A stretch of DNA of 64,000 nt from assembly GCA_976551045.1 (NCBI GenBank), contig CDPCPM010000292.1, positions 1-64,000 on the forward strand. The letters are read 5' to 3'. Both the position numbers and the translations under genes were made by a program. The notes beneath the pieces were generated by a model that was given only the letters and a program-made list of their open reading frames with translations, did not search any database and had not been told where the DNA came from. The stretch is from Glaucostegus cemiculus. Its lineage: Eukaryota. Shown here piece after piece: positions 10,250 through 22,975 of the stretch. Positions within the stretch are counted from its first letter, which is position 1. Every line of letters starts with the position of its first letter.

Positions 10250-11335
10250 GGAATTGAGGTTAGAGGGGGGAGATTTAAAGGCAATGTGAAGGCAAGTTTT
10301 TTACACAGGGAGTAGGTGCCTGGAATAGGTTACCGGGGTAGTGGTCGAAGCAGGCAGTTTGATGGAGTTTAAGAGGCTTTTAGATAGATACATGAAGGGA
10401 ATGGAGGAATATGGATGATACACAGGAAGAGGATATTTAGCATAAATTGGCATCAAGATCGGCACAACATCATGGGCCAAATGGCCTGTCCAGTGCTGTG
10501 TTGTTCTATTGACCAGAAATTCAATAGGACCAGCCATATTAGCATGGCTCTGAGAGCAGGTATGGTTGGGTATTCTGTGCGGAGCACTGAGTATTGTCTA
10601 TCTCCTAAGAATTTTCCACCACCTGCAATCCAAAAATCATAATGGAATACTCCCCACTTACTTGGATGAGTGCAACTCTAGCAACACTTGAAGCTTGACA
10701 CTGTTCAGGACAAGGCAGTTTATTTCATTGGCATCTCATCTATCGCTCTAGACGTTCATTCTCTCCACCACAGGCACACTGTGACTGCAGTGTGTACCAT
10801 CTGCATCTGGAAGTTTTGGTGAGAGCAATCTGGAATACTGTACAGGTCAGGTCCCCCTACGTAATGAGTGATGAACTAGAGGGAAGGCAGCAAAAGTTCA
10901 GCAGATTTGTCATGGGAGCAGTGGGGCTGTACCTTCTTGAGGTTATAATAGTGAAAGTTGATCTGATTGAAATGTACAAAAGTCTTAAGGAGCTTGACAG
11001 GGTAGATGGAGGGTTGGGTATGGTGATTAAAACCAGAGGTCCCAGAGTCTCATAGTAAGGGGCTGGACAATCAGGACAGAAATAAGATGAAATTTCTCAC
11101 TGAGGGCGTTGAACCTTTAGAATTCACTATCTGAGGGCTCTGGAGGCTCAGTCAATAAATATTCAGAACAAATTAATACATTTTAAGATATTTAAAAATA
11201 TTGGGTTATTGCAGGAAAATGGCAATCAGTTAACAATCAGCCATGATCTTATTGAATAACAGAGCTTATTGAATAAACAGGGCTGGTACAAGGGGTTGAA
11301 TGGCTTGCATCTATTTCTTATGTTCCTGTCTATAA
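10250..11335 (+). mobile_element. Cluster of CR1-group LINE 3' fragments
   Basis: agatttaaaggcaatgtgaaggcaagttttttacacag; gggccaaatggcctgt..tgctgt tail; degenerate LVRAIWNTVQ..SP and DLIEMYK motifs. Confidence 0.65.
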
Positions 11336-11396
11336 AATACACTACTTGTTAATCAGCTACTCCGACGTGACCTCCCAAATCCACAACCTCACCATA

Positions 11397-11654
11397 GGCG
11401 GCACGATAGCATAGCGGTTAGCGCAACGCTGTTACAGCGCCAGCGATCGGGGTTCGATTCCTGTCACTGTCTGTTAGGAGTTTGTACGTTCTCCCGTGTC
11501 TGCGTGGGTTTCCTCCGGGTGCTCCAGTTTCCTCCCACATTCAGAAAGATGTACGGATAGGTTAAGTTAGGGGTTTGAAATGGACAGCGTGGACTCGTTG
11601 GGCCGAAAGGGCCTGTTACCACGTTGTAAATAAATGTAAAAAATTTAAATTTAA
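11397..11654 (+). mobile_element. V-SINE, tail type B (CR1/HER1-like tail)
   Basis: Head ggcggcacgatagcatagcggttagc, V-domain, tail ggactcgttgggccgaaagggcctgttaccacg.tgtaaataaa. Confidence 0.85.
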
Positions 11655-12077
11655 CTCCCGCATAGGAATCCACATGAATTACTTGTAAATTAAATTATGC
11701 TTGTGGCAACTTAGCATGGGAGTTTACAATGCTTTCGCTTTACATTGTGCTAGAAACTTTACTTGATTCCAACCATGGAACAAATTTTGGGGGCTATCAG
11801 AGCTCAGCATTATCATGGAATAAATTGGACAGTATATTCAAGCGCCTGTACTTGCACAGTTAATTGCAGCAATTCAGCAGTTGCTGTCTAGTTAGCTGTA
11901 CTATACTCTTTAACTTGCCAATGGAGAAGGTTGTGTAAGACAGGAAAGATCTGAACTTGGAGTACTGAAGATAAAATTTGAAGTTGGTAATTTCAGGAGT
12001 ATATGAAAAATAAAAATGACTGCCAAACAATCTATCTGACCCTGACAGTTTTACAAGCATGGAGTTTGTCTTTCAGA

Positions 12078-12190
12078 AGTTCTGAAGAAAGGTGATTGAT
12101 TGTCACACTGAAAAGTTAATTCTGTTCCTCTCTCCACAGATAATTCCTGGCCTGCTGACTCTTTTCTGCACTTTCTCTTTGTATTATTGA
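12078..12190 (+). mobile_element. Penelope pLTR fragment retaining CTGAAGA...GAAA boxes
   Basis: agttCTGAAGAaaggtgattgattgtcacactGAAAagttaattctgttcctctctccacagat...cctgctga. Confidence 0.5.
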
Positions 12191-14036
12191 AGCTAATCAT
12201 TGCTAGAAATTTTCATTAATTCTTTTCCCTTTTGTCTGTCAGCTTATTGTCCATTTGTTATTCCTGATCTTCCTGACCTTTATTCAACTTTCTGCACGTG
12301 ATTGGAATCTAGTTGATATTTTCTGTCTTTGATTTTTGCATGTCTCAGTCATTTTCTTCAGTCTAACTGGTTGAAGGATTGTGCTGGAGTCTGTTTCGTT
12401 CTCGCACACTTCAGATCCCCTTTACTGGGGGTCAAGTGGTTCAAGTGAACTCAAAAGTCTGTAGTAAACCTTTGGCAGCTCCCATATCTTCATGCTGACT
12501 TGAAAATCCAGTCCAATAACCTCACGTTTGCCAGTTTCTACCTCTTCAGTAAGAAATGGATGGTTTTAATTTTACCTTGATATATTCACATTAAACTTCT
12601 GTTCAATTGCTTCTGACATAGTGTTATAAAACAATGATTTTTAAATTAAGGATTCAAATTGTTTGGAGAGACCTTGTAACAGATTTAAAAAGTGTCCTTT
12701 TTGTTCGATATTGTCCTGTTGCTGCAGCTGCAACCTAAAAGGGCCTGTTGCTAGTGGCAATTGGCAAGAGCAAAGCAAAATGAAAGGCTGTCAGATGAAT
12801 GGCAAATACTGTAATTTAACAAATTGACAAGTACTAGAGCCCTCATTTAAAAGCTTCTCATATTTAGAGTCTTGCAGTTTTATTTTGCCAAATTGGTATT
12901 TGTCAAATGACCTACCCAAACAGCTGAGCTACTGGTCTGTGCTGCAAGAAAAGAGTATACAGGGAAGGCAGGAAGGCTGGAAGGCTGGATAGTTGCACGA
13001 TGGCCAAAAGGCTTTCTTCTGTACAGTATACTTGTTTGCTTCTATCTCTACTTCAGTAGCAGATAATCAGGAATTTGTCAGTCCTCCCTCATCCAATCAC
13101 CTCCTTGACAGTAGATATGCCTCATCATAAGTGAGCAAATGCTGTCATGATTTTTATTTCCCCAGCGTCCCTTACATTTGATATAATGTTATCCATTAGT
13201 ACATGAAAGATGCGAATGTTGTCAGGATGGATCGTGTCAAATTAAATTGGGGCTTTTTATTTCTGTTTGAAATTGGTAGGCTATTTAGATAGCAGAGATG
13301 AGCTGTGTGTAACTTTAGCTTTGCTATAAATTAGTATAAAGATCATGTCCACAGGATGTGGAAGTAAAATGGCCAATATTTACCACAGTCAAGGATTACG
13401 TGGGATTTCCAGCACATAAAGGGCCATTTAGCTGTGCCACTGTATTCCACATGCACCTCTTCGTCTTGCCCAATCAGCAGATCCTTTCATTTATTTTTCC
13501 CTGATGAAAGAGGAAGGTTGGTAAATATATTACTTTATTTATATCGTATTATTATGGTATTTGTTTTGGTTTACTGAGAAAAGGGTCAATAAATTGTGGC
13601 ACTGTTAGGTTGGTTGTTCTGAATATTGGTTGTGTTTTAGGAGATGCTGATTATGAGTACACAATTACCTGATTCAGAAGGCAGACAAAAGGAAGTCAGA
13701 AGTGGTCTGACAATTCCTGTACAACTACTAATAGATGACTCTAAAGAAAGAGATCTGGAGAGGAGCTTTATAGCTCTCTTGTCAGCCAGGTAATGATAGA
13801 TGTCTTTTATGGAGGCACCTCTTGAATTTTTCATGGTGTGTGAAATGCAGAGTCAATGGTTTGGTTTCATTTCAAGTACACAGCTTAGCAAAGAACTGTT
13901 GACTGTAAAGGCCAAGTAATTCTCTTGTCTTTCAGGTCAATGAAGTAGAGCTGGGCTCCTTTGCTTTTAACCGCAGGGAGTGTGGTAGTATTCCTCAACA
14001 AGCGTGTGAGAACAGGTCCACATGCGCAGTCCAACC

Positions 14037-14191
14037 ATGATGGAAGAAGATATCGAAGTGGCCATCAAAGTGGTGGTTGTTGGCAATGGGGCTGTTGGTA
14101 AATCGAGCATGATACAGCGGTACTGCAAGGGTATTTTCACCAAAGACTACAAGAAAACCATTGGGGTGGACTTTCTGGAAAGACAGATTCA
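14037..14191 (+). CDS. RAB23: RAB23 coding exon 1 (MMEEDIEVAIKVVVVGNGAVGKSSMIQRYCKGIFTKDYKKTIGVDFLERQI)
   Basis: P-loop GNGAVGKS and switch I TIGVDF; donor CA|GTGAGT; 155 nt; upstream acceptors at 13935 and 13976. Confidence 0.97.
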
Positions 14192-14235
14192 GTGAGTAAA
14201 CAGTTGTACTGTAACAGTTAAGGATTGTCTCTTAC

Positions 14236-14435
14236 CAAAAGCGAAAATGCTAGAAGTCTGAAATAAAACCAGAAAATCTTGGAAATACTCAGAAGGTCAG
14301 GCAGCATCTATAGAGAGAGAAAAACAGATAATATTTCCAGATAAATGAACTAATGAAAGGTAATTAATTTTTTTCACCCTCTGCAAATACTACTGGACCC
14401 TGCTGAGTACTTTCAGCACTTTCTATTTTTTTCAA
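14236..14435. mobile_element. Inverted Penelope pLTR pair
   Basis: aaaatcttggaaatactcagaaggtcaggcagcatct ... cctgctgagtactttcagcactttct. Confidence 0.55.
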
Positions 14436-17289
14436 ATTAAGTATGGTCCCTTTATCATTTCTAAGGCACCCCGTGCATTGTGACAACAGACAGTCTTGCT
14501 TGTATTCGAGCAGACGTTTACTTGGTAGAAATGGTGCCAAATCCTGCTGAGCAAATTGAATGTTTTACTGATTTGGGGCCTCTTACTTCCATTCTGGCAT
14601 CTTCCTAAATGGCACCCATTGTGGTCTAAGTAAACTGAATGATGTTACTCCAACAAACTCTACCTCTCCATGGTAGTTGAGAATAATGATAATTAACTTG
14701 CATGTATAAAGGTCACAGCAAATTACAGTATAAGTCACTCAAAGTTGACATTACAAAAGTGTTAACAAATTCTACTATTGGGTGTAAACAGATAATTTAA
14801 TACATCCATCTTCCCACTTCACAACACAGCTTATTAAAGCATTCTTGTAAAGCACTGCCATTTTTCCCAAATTACTTTAAAACTATATGCAACTTTTTTT
14901 TGTATTTGATGTGCCTTGATTATACTCTATCTTTGAGGCCAGGGTTCATTCCTTTGTTTCAAGTACCTTTAGGGCAGTTACATCACAGGCAAAGTATAGA
15001 TTCCAGCTACATCCACCTCCAAATCTTCCCTTCAATCCTATAGCCTATGCTGTCCTTCAGAACTGTCTGACATCAACTAGCTGAGTCAAACACATCTTCC
15101 AAATGAAGACACTGAAAGTCAAAGACATTGTCGTCAACCTTCCCCACGGATTTTGTTGCATCATTGTTTAATCCAGCCTCTCACCTGCACTTGTAACTAA
15201 AGAAAATAATGCAAAATTTGAATGACCTGTTTGACTTGGGGCTAACCCTTAACTCCTACGTCATATTAAAGGTTGACTGTGAAATTCTATTGTTCTTCTT
15301 CTGTAATCTTCACTGAAACCCTTGTCCATGTTTTTTTTTCCATTTGCAAATTTGATTTCAGCTGTCCATTCTATCTTGGTGTGTTGCCTATCATCAACTC
15401 TTACTTGAACAGATCTAAGCTTTTTGGCTTTCTTCTTGCTTTCAAGTAACACGTCCATCCTTAGTGACCTGCATTAGCTCCCTGTTGTCCCATTGCACTC
15501 AATGACACTACATTGCTGTCCTCAACTTCAAATTCGCTCATGGCCTCCATTCTATCCCTGAAACATCCTTGTATTCCTTTCAACTCTTTAGCTCTCATCT
15601 TGTGCCCGTTCTCCTTTTTTTTGCACTCCAGTGATTGTGGCTGTTCTGACCCAACTGAAGTTTACCTCCATAAATTGCCATGCCTTTGTTAAAAATGAAG
15701 AGCAAGATACAATCTTCTCAAAATTCATCAATTCATCAACTTTTGTTTTTATCAGCAATATCTTGCACTGTGACTCATCATCCATTGTTTTCTTCAATTT
15801 TCATTCTTTTTTTCCCTCCTTTCTAAAATGCCAGAGGCATGCCCAGTTTAATGTAGTCTTACATCACCTTTATCACCATTGATTGGGCTACCTTATTCCA
15901 CAATGACCGATTATTCTGAACCCCAAACTCCTGAGCCTCATATGCAACAGATGAATTGCGAGGAGCACCAGAGAAGCAATAGAAATTTTTCAAATAAAAG
16001 TGTTATAAAATTCAAAGGAAGCTTTCAGCTCAAGGTGCATTTTCTGTCTCGCCAGTTAGCTCCACACTTTCTCCCCTAAGGTTCTGCATTTCCCCTTCAT
16101 CATTTATCCAGTTCTCTTTTTACATTTATTATGCATTATTTCATGCTGTGCATTCCCGACAATATCAAATCAGAGTTCATAAACAGCTGATCACATCTTC
16201 CTCTCTGGCTCTTTTACCAACTACTTTAAAATTTCTCACAAGGATTCAGCAGTAATTAGCTGGCCTAGATATCTTTAAAGTAAGGAAGGGGAAGGTAGCC
16301 AGGACAAGTCACTGGACACCCCTGTAGCAGATGAACAACTGCCTCATGGAAAGCAAGATCTAAGTTGGCAATGGTTTCTGCGTAGATAAGTAGTCAGACA
16401 ATGCTTTCTGGTCCAGATTTACTTTAACGTGGAGCTGAATTTACCCAGTGACGGAATGCTCATAGTCCTCTGTGGTGAAGAACTACAAAAAAATCATAAG
16501 CAACTGTGTAAAGAAAATTCCTATCTCAATCCTAAACAACAGGTGCTATATTCCAAGACTCCACATCATAGTTCCAGAAAAACAAACTACCTTGCCAATC
16601 TCTCTTGGTGATATCGGCATTCATTCTTCTGACTTCCAGTGAGTCTCATTGCAAATTACTGTCTCCACAGAGGACAATCCATTCTTCCCAGAAGTCAGTC
16701 TAGTGAATCTTCAGTGCGGGGGTCCAATGCAAGTACATTCTTTAGGTACAGAGACTAAAGCGCCATACAGTGCTGCAGTTTGGGTCTTGCCAATGGCACC
16801 AAAACTTCCTTACTTTTGTTTTCCAAACACAGTGGACTAGGGTTTGTTACTGTGCTGTATAACTCTGACGCTATTACAATAAAAAGCAGCTACCATTTAC
16901 CTTCCTAATTGTTTGCTGCACCTCCTTACTTTCTGCAACTTTCAGCATAACTAGATCTGCCTGTACACCCACATTTACTAGATTCTCATTGTTTGATTTA
17001 ACCTGTTTTTCTAATTTTCCTGCCAAAGTGTTTAACCTCACATTTCTTGTCACTTACCTGCTCCTGTATTTATGCTCTGTTCTTCAAGGTCAAAATTGTC
17101 CCTCACTTGTGCCTTTGTTTCATCATTTGCTATCAGAAAATCCTGCATGCTTTTGTTGTGTCTATGATTTTTAACAGTCAAGTACCTTGGAGCATTTGAT
17201 TCCTAACCTTGGTCACCATGCTGCTGTGTCACTGCAACAGATATTAGTCTTAATTTGTTGACACAATGTGGACCTTGCTGGCTGGGTCA

Positions 17290-17600
17290 GCAATGATAGA
17301 CCCATAATTGCCATCGAGAAGCTAATATTGAGCCACCTTCTAGAAATGCAGTCCTTCTGATGCAGTTAGAGCTACAGCACTGTTGGGTAGGGAGTTCTAG
17401 GATTTGGACCCAGTGACGATGAAGGGATAGCAACGTGTTTCCTAGTTAGGATGGTGTGCAACTTGGAGTGAAACCTGTGTGTTCTGATGTTCCCATGCAT
17501 CTGCCTCCCTTGTATTGGGAATGGAGGTCACAGGTTTGCAAGGTAGTGTTGGAGAAACTTGGGTGAATAACTGCAGCATGGTTCAGCAGTGGTGGGTGGA
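17290..17600 (-). mobile_element. CR1/L2-group LINE 3' fragment (related copies ~24850-25120 and ~57350-57590)
   Basis: Shared gagaag.t.gtg.tgagccaccttc...gggagttc.aggattt.gacccagtgacgatgaagg motif in three places. Confidence 0.55.
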
Positions 17601-18738
17601 GTCATGTGTTTACTGCAGTAACCAATTTGTCGTTATTTGTGCCGTTAGTTCATCTATTATGCATACTTTGTGAGATACTTGTGCATATTTATGAGACACA
17701 TCACCTTTAATTTTGGCTTTCTACCATTTTTCCTTGAATTGATTGTTTACTAATGTCTTTCCTATGGCACTGTGCTTATCATGACTGTAACTATCAATCT
17801 GCATTGTAGCCTCATCCTGTCTTTTTAATTTTACAGCCTTGCCCTCACTTGATCCATGTCCCCATTTCACACCCTTTTAACTGATTTACAGCTCTTTCTA
17901 CTTACCCAATCCACAAAGGCACTGGTTCCATCCCAGTTTACACAGAGCCATGTCCCAACAGAAAAAAATACAGATGCGAATGTCTATGAATTGAAATCCA
18001 TTAAATGAATTAGTTTTATGTTGTTACTCATAGAAAACATGACAACAATTCATGAGCTGCAAGATCCTACATCAAATACGTGTTTTTTTTTCGAGGGGTT
18101 GTAGGCTTTAGGAAAGACTGCTTCCCTGGGTATCTGGAGGACTCCTTTTAGCAGTACCATTGTCCCTTTTTTAAGAAAAATTCAAATTGTGCCTTAGCAC
18201 ATCTTCAGAATAGATAAGATGTTTATACCCACAACCTTCTGATTAATGGCCACAACTCAACCAAACTGACATGCAGTAAAATGTTCATTTAATGGTGTTG
18301 AGTGCTACTTCTGTTTCAGCAAGTCAAAGTGTGGGGTGGTAGATCTCTCGATGGTTTGCAAGAGGGACAGTTGAAGGGGAGTTCATTTGGATTGCTCTTG
18401 CACATCTCCCAGGAGTTTACATTCAGTCATCCTCTGGGTTAAAGGGTAATTGTGTTGAGGTACCTTTGGATGATAACACCATTAAAATGGATGAGGCCAA
18501 CAAATTGAAGCAAGCCATAGAAAGCAATCATGAAATAGCAGTCTGAGCATATGATGTAATGGCTGTTCTCATTGGTGCCAAACAGCTGTGTTCTTAAGAT
18601 CATACAGCACTATCTGTAATTAAGCATGGTTAAACTAAATAAAGGCTCTGATGAATGTTCAAATGGACAACAGTTACCATCTAATTTCAGTTTTTGAAAA
18701 CACATGATTAGATCTGAAGTGTTGCATTTATCTTTCAG

Positions 18739-18824
18739 AGTTAATGATGAGGATGTCAGATTAATGTTATGGGATACAGCAGGCCAAGAGGAATTTGATG
18801 CTATCACAAAAGCCTACTATAGAG
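18739..18824 (+). CDS. RAB23: RAB23 coding exon 2 ([28 protein letters not shown])
   Basis: WDTAGQE G3 motif; tttcag| acceptor, G|GTGAGT donor; 86 nt, phase consistent. Confidence 0.98.
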
Positions 18825-19699
18825 GTGAGTCCAGTCAGTCCTAATAGGATTGTTTGTAAGTAGATACCAATTACTGTTCTTGATTGGTGTGTTATTTGAT
18901 TTAAATATTCAACCCTGTTTATAGAATCCAGTGTAATCATGAATATTTTGTGAGTTTTTGACTGGATCTAAACTTGAGGACTTTTTTCAAGTGCTTATTT
19001 AAAGGTGACTATAGTATATTATAGCGGACAACAACAGATCCTTGTATTGCAGCATATGGGCTAGAGTGTTGATCCACCTGCATGTCAAAATACATGGATT
19101 CAGTAGTATGAGCTAAAGCTGTAAAAAAAAAACAAAGCTGTTTAAAGTTTAACATCAGTCTCTGAAGGCTACAACTTTCAAAAATTTATGTTTAAAGCCT
19201 CTCTTTCTCTCTATCTCATTCCTACTGTTAAAATGATTATCACTTAGTTGACATATACAGACTTGAGTCCTTGCACCAGTAGAATGAGGTATTTTTCCTG
19301 GTCCTGTATGAAGTGTTGTGCAACTCCATTACTAATGTGAGTTTGTAAATTGTGCATTGGAAAACTGCAACCCTGGAAAATTGTGGCAGAGCAAGAGCTG
19401 CAAGTATTGTTGTTCCTTTTATTTGTGCAGTGAACATCCCCTACAGTAATGAGAGGCAAACCCCTCACCTCTATCTTTGATCTAATCCCTAATTAAATCA
19501 TTTTCTCTCTGTCCTCGCCACTCCCCCCTCCCCTTCCACGTTCTGTCATCCTAGCAGCTTCCTTGATGGTGTTTTGATCTACACTCCCTTAAATCCAAGG
19601 GACAAAGACTTAACAACTATGCTGGACAGCTGTTTTAGCTATTTACTGCCAGATGTGACTAGCTCACACAAAGCACAGTCAGGCCCTGCTCTTGTCTGC

Positions 19700-21780
19700 C
19701 AGAACTGCTCACTGTTCCAGGATTATTCTGGAATGTGAAGATAACCCACAGTTTCTTTCCTTTGCTGCAGATCATTGTCTTAAGTCTTCTTTCCCTCTCT
19801 CTTCTATCATTGTCACTATCCCCTCCCCATGAGTGCAGGAGTTCTTGGACGACTTCATCACAAAAAATTGAGACCAGCTGCTTGGCTCTGCTTACACCTT
19901 CCCTTCCTTCACCTAATGCACCGAACCAAAGCACAAACGTTGCTCCCATCCCTGGCACCATATCTACGTCTTTAATTTCTCTCCAATAGCCTCTATGCCC
20001 ATCCTGAGCTTATTTTATCTATGAGAACATCTTCCTACTCTCTCAACCCTATTTCTGCTGAACTGCTCACCACCTGTTACCACATTAGTTATATTATTAA
20101 TATTTCTCTATCTTCAGAAAGTACCACCTTTTTCCAATTCTACTGTCATAACTACTCTCTTCAAAAACCAACCCTTGCACAGTCTGTACCTGCAAACCAT
20201 CACCCCATCTCCTACCTCCCTTTTATGTCCCAGGGCCATATCCTCCCAAACTTGAGGCCACCTGTTGTGGAATTTGTATAAATTCCTTCAGTCGGATTTT
20301 TACCTAGCTGTGATTGCTGAAGCTGCTCTTAAAGTCACATATGTCATCCTAGATTATTGCGGTGAAGCTAATCTATCCCTCCTTATATCTTCCAAATCAC
20401 TTACAGTCTCTTCTATGCTATTCCACCTTTGTCCAGCTGTGCAGGACAGCACTCATTGGTTCCATCCTTTTCTAATGCAGCAGTAGCCTCTAAATGACCA
20501 ATAGAGTCTTCCCTTTCCACACTTGTTCCTTTACCACTGGTCGATCTAAAAGATCTATCTTTGCCATCCCACTTCCCCTTCCAACGTGCTGCCACACTGC
20601 ATCATCTGAGAATATTATGTCAGTTTCCACAAGTACGTTGACAACATTCAGATCTCCCTCACCAACACCTCTCTTGACCCCTTCGTTCAATCTAAATCAT
20701 CAGATTGACATCCAGTACTAGACGAGCAGAAATTTCCACCCAGTTTTTATTGGGAAGACCACTGCCATTGTGATTAGTCCCATTACAAACTGTTGTCATG
20801 TAACCACCAAATCCCCCTCTATCATGTCTGAAACAGAATTTCCAATTTTTTACAAAAACAAAGTGCTGTAAGATCATAGCAGGTCAATCAGCATCTGTGG
20901 AGGCAAAAAGTGTAAGTTCACATTTGGGGTCAATACCCTGCATTAGGACTGAGAAGGAACAGGAAAGATTGCCAGTATATAGCAGTGTGAACAAAGGTGG
21001 GATAGAGACTGGTAAGTAATAGCTGGAACTAGATGGGGAGGGGATGATGAGCAGATGGGAACTAGTGGGGGAGGGGGTGAGGCAGAGGCTCGTAGGTGTT
21101 TGGTGGAACCAGATAGGGAAGGGATGATGGGTAGATGGAACCAGGTGGGGGCCTGTAAAGCACTTCGGGCAATCTGAGGTTTTGACTGGCACTACATAAA
21201 TCTTTAATGCATCACCAGTCATGTTATTTCTTTCTCATTTCTCATTGTACAATAACCCACCAAGAAACCTGCACTCTTCCAATTCTCACCTTGTGATCAA
21301 CCTGGAATTTGATGGCTTCAGGGTTGGTAGTCTTGCTTTGCACTCAAGATAAGATCTTTATTAGTCATATGTACATCAAAACACACAGTGAAATGAATCT
21401 TTTGCATAGTGATTTTGGGGGGCAGCCCACAAGTGTCGTCATGCTTCCAGCGCCAACATAGCATGCCCATAACTTCCTAACCTGTACGTCTTTGGAATGT
21501 GGGAGGAAACCGGAGGAAACCCACACAGACACAGGGAGAACGTACAAACTCCTTACAGACAGTGGCCGGATTTCAACCCGGGTCTCTGGCACTGTAAAGC
21601 GTTATGCTAACCACTATGCTACCGTGCCTACCTCGGTACTCTGCCCTGTGCTCTGGAATTTTGCTCCCTACACTGCCTCTCTATCTGCATTTTCTCTTGT
21701 AAGATACGGCTCAAACATTACCTCCTTGACAAAGTTCTTGCTCATCTGTTCCTTTATTTGCTTATGTGAGTCAGTATCAA
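19700..21780 (+). mobile_element. Old L2-type LINE RT remnant interrupted by a Penelope fragment (~20850-21150, -) and a V-SINE
   Basis: Degenerate LNPISAELL...IINISLSS...QKPTLAQSVPANHHPISYLPFMS (L2 KKPTLDP...NYRPISNLPF). Confidence 0.6.
21347..21628 (-). mobile_element. V-SINE, tail type A
   Basis: Same head, V-domain and tail as 2468-2755, with (aagat)n end. Confidence 0.85.
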
Positions 21781-21783
21781 AAG

Positions 21784-21892
21784 CTAGAGAAACAAAGGAC
21801 TGCAGATGCTAGAATCTAGATGAAAAACACGATGATGCTGGCATTGTGTTTTTCATCTAGATTTCAGCATCTGCATTTCTTTGTTTCTCTAG
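21784..21892. repeat. 51-bp inverted repeat with 7-nt loop (Penelope pLTR-derived or MITE-like)
   Basis: Arms 21784-21834 and 21842-21892 are reverse complements with about 5 mismatches by hand count. Confidence 0.85.
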
Positions 21893-22202
21893 TATTACTG
21901 CTCCACTACAAAGTCTCTTCAAGGATGCCCACTTTGAAGAAATTTTCTTCCTCTCTTCAGGAGCTTCGTGAGTCCCTCTCTCACTGCTCCACTTCTGTGA
22001 TCCAAGTTTCTATTGTTGGAGATGTTCATATATGATCCAAGGTGGTGATTGTGCTGGTAATGCAACATAATATTGTTCGAAACCATATTGTAGAATAAGT
22101 GCAGTGGAACAGAATTCAAAATGCCAGTTTTCTATTCATAATGCTCACCAAAAATAAGATCAATTCCATTTTTAATTTGATTTCTTTGATAATTGATCAC
22201 AG

Positions 22203-22359
22203 GTGCTCAGGCATGTGTGCTGGTGTTCTCCACCACTGATAGAGAGTCTTTTGAGGCTATCTCAAGTTGGAAGGAGAAAGTTGAGGCTGAAGTCGGAGAT
22301 ATCCCTACCGTTCTGGTACAGAACAAAATAGACCTCCTGGATGAAACTGTACTTAAAAA
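22203..22359 (+). CDS. RAB23: RAB23 coding exon 3 (GAQACVLVFSTTDRESFEAISSWKEKVEAEVGDIPTVLVQNKIDLLDETVLK)
   Basis: NKID G4 motif; cacag| acceptor, AA|GTATGT donor; 157 nt. Confidence 0.98.
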
Positions 22360-22723
22360 GTATGTAGATAACATTTTTATATGACTGAAGTTGACCTGCA
22401 TTGTAAATTGTTCTCCACAGTTGAAATATATGTCAATCTGCATTTATAAAGTGCCTTTAATATAGTAAAACATCCCAATGTGCTTCATGGGAATGATATC
22501 GAGTTAACCTCAACGCAGATGTCTAAAACAGGTGAGGAGTAGGAGGATTAGAGGGGATCTGAGGATTTTTTTAAATTCACCTGGAGGGTGGTTGTAATCA
22601 CTACCACAGCACTACCACAGGGGGTGATGGAGGCAGGTATTCAACATTTAAGTAATATTGCGGCATGTACTTGAATCGTCAAGGCATAGAAGGGTTTGGA
22701 CCAAGAGCTAGTAAATGGGATTA

Positions 22724-22975
22724 GTCGTTGTGGTCGTGGCTATCCCTTGAGCTCGAGGATGATGGTCTTCGTTCCGTTGATCTATTTTTGGGCTCTCAAG
22801 TGGCTTATGTCCAATCTTGGCTCTGAAAGTTCTTCCGCATTCAGGACAGGTAGTTCCAGATGGCACATCGGGCTTTGGTTGTTGCTGCCTCTCTCCATTT
22901 TCTTCTCTTATAATTTTCCACATCTGTTGCCTTCGAAAGTTGCTGTTCCTTCTCAGATAGTGGTTTGCCAGAGTT
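22724..22975 (-). mobile_element. RTE-clade LINE 3' end
   Basis: Minus strand TTCPECGRTFRAKIG zinc-knuckle, short 3' UTR (catcctcgagctcaaggga) and short trinucleotide-like tail. Confidence 0.7.

Noticed and set aside
11397-11470. tRNA gene (A and B boxes)
   Set aside because: Continues into the V-domain and tail; it is a SINE head, as are the other tRNA-like copies
12700-12960. Enhancer-like non-repetitive intronic block with X-box-like GTTGCTAGTGGCAAT
   Set aside because: Conservation cannot be judged without alignment; single motifs are expected by chance
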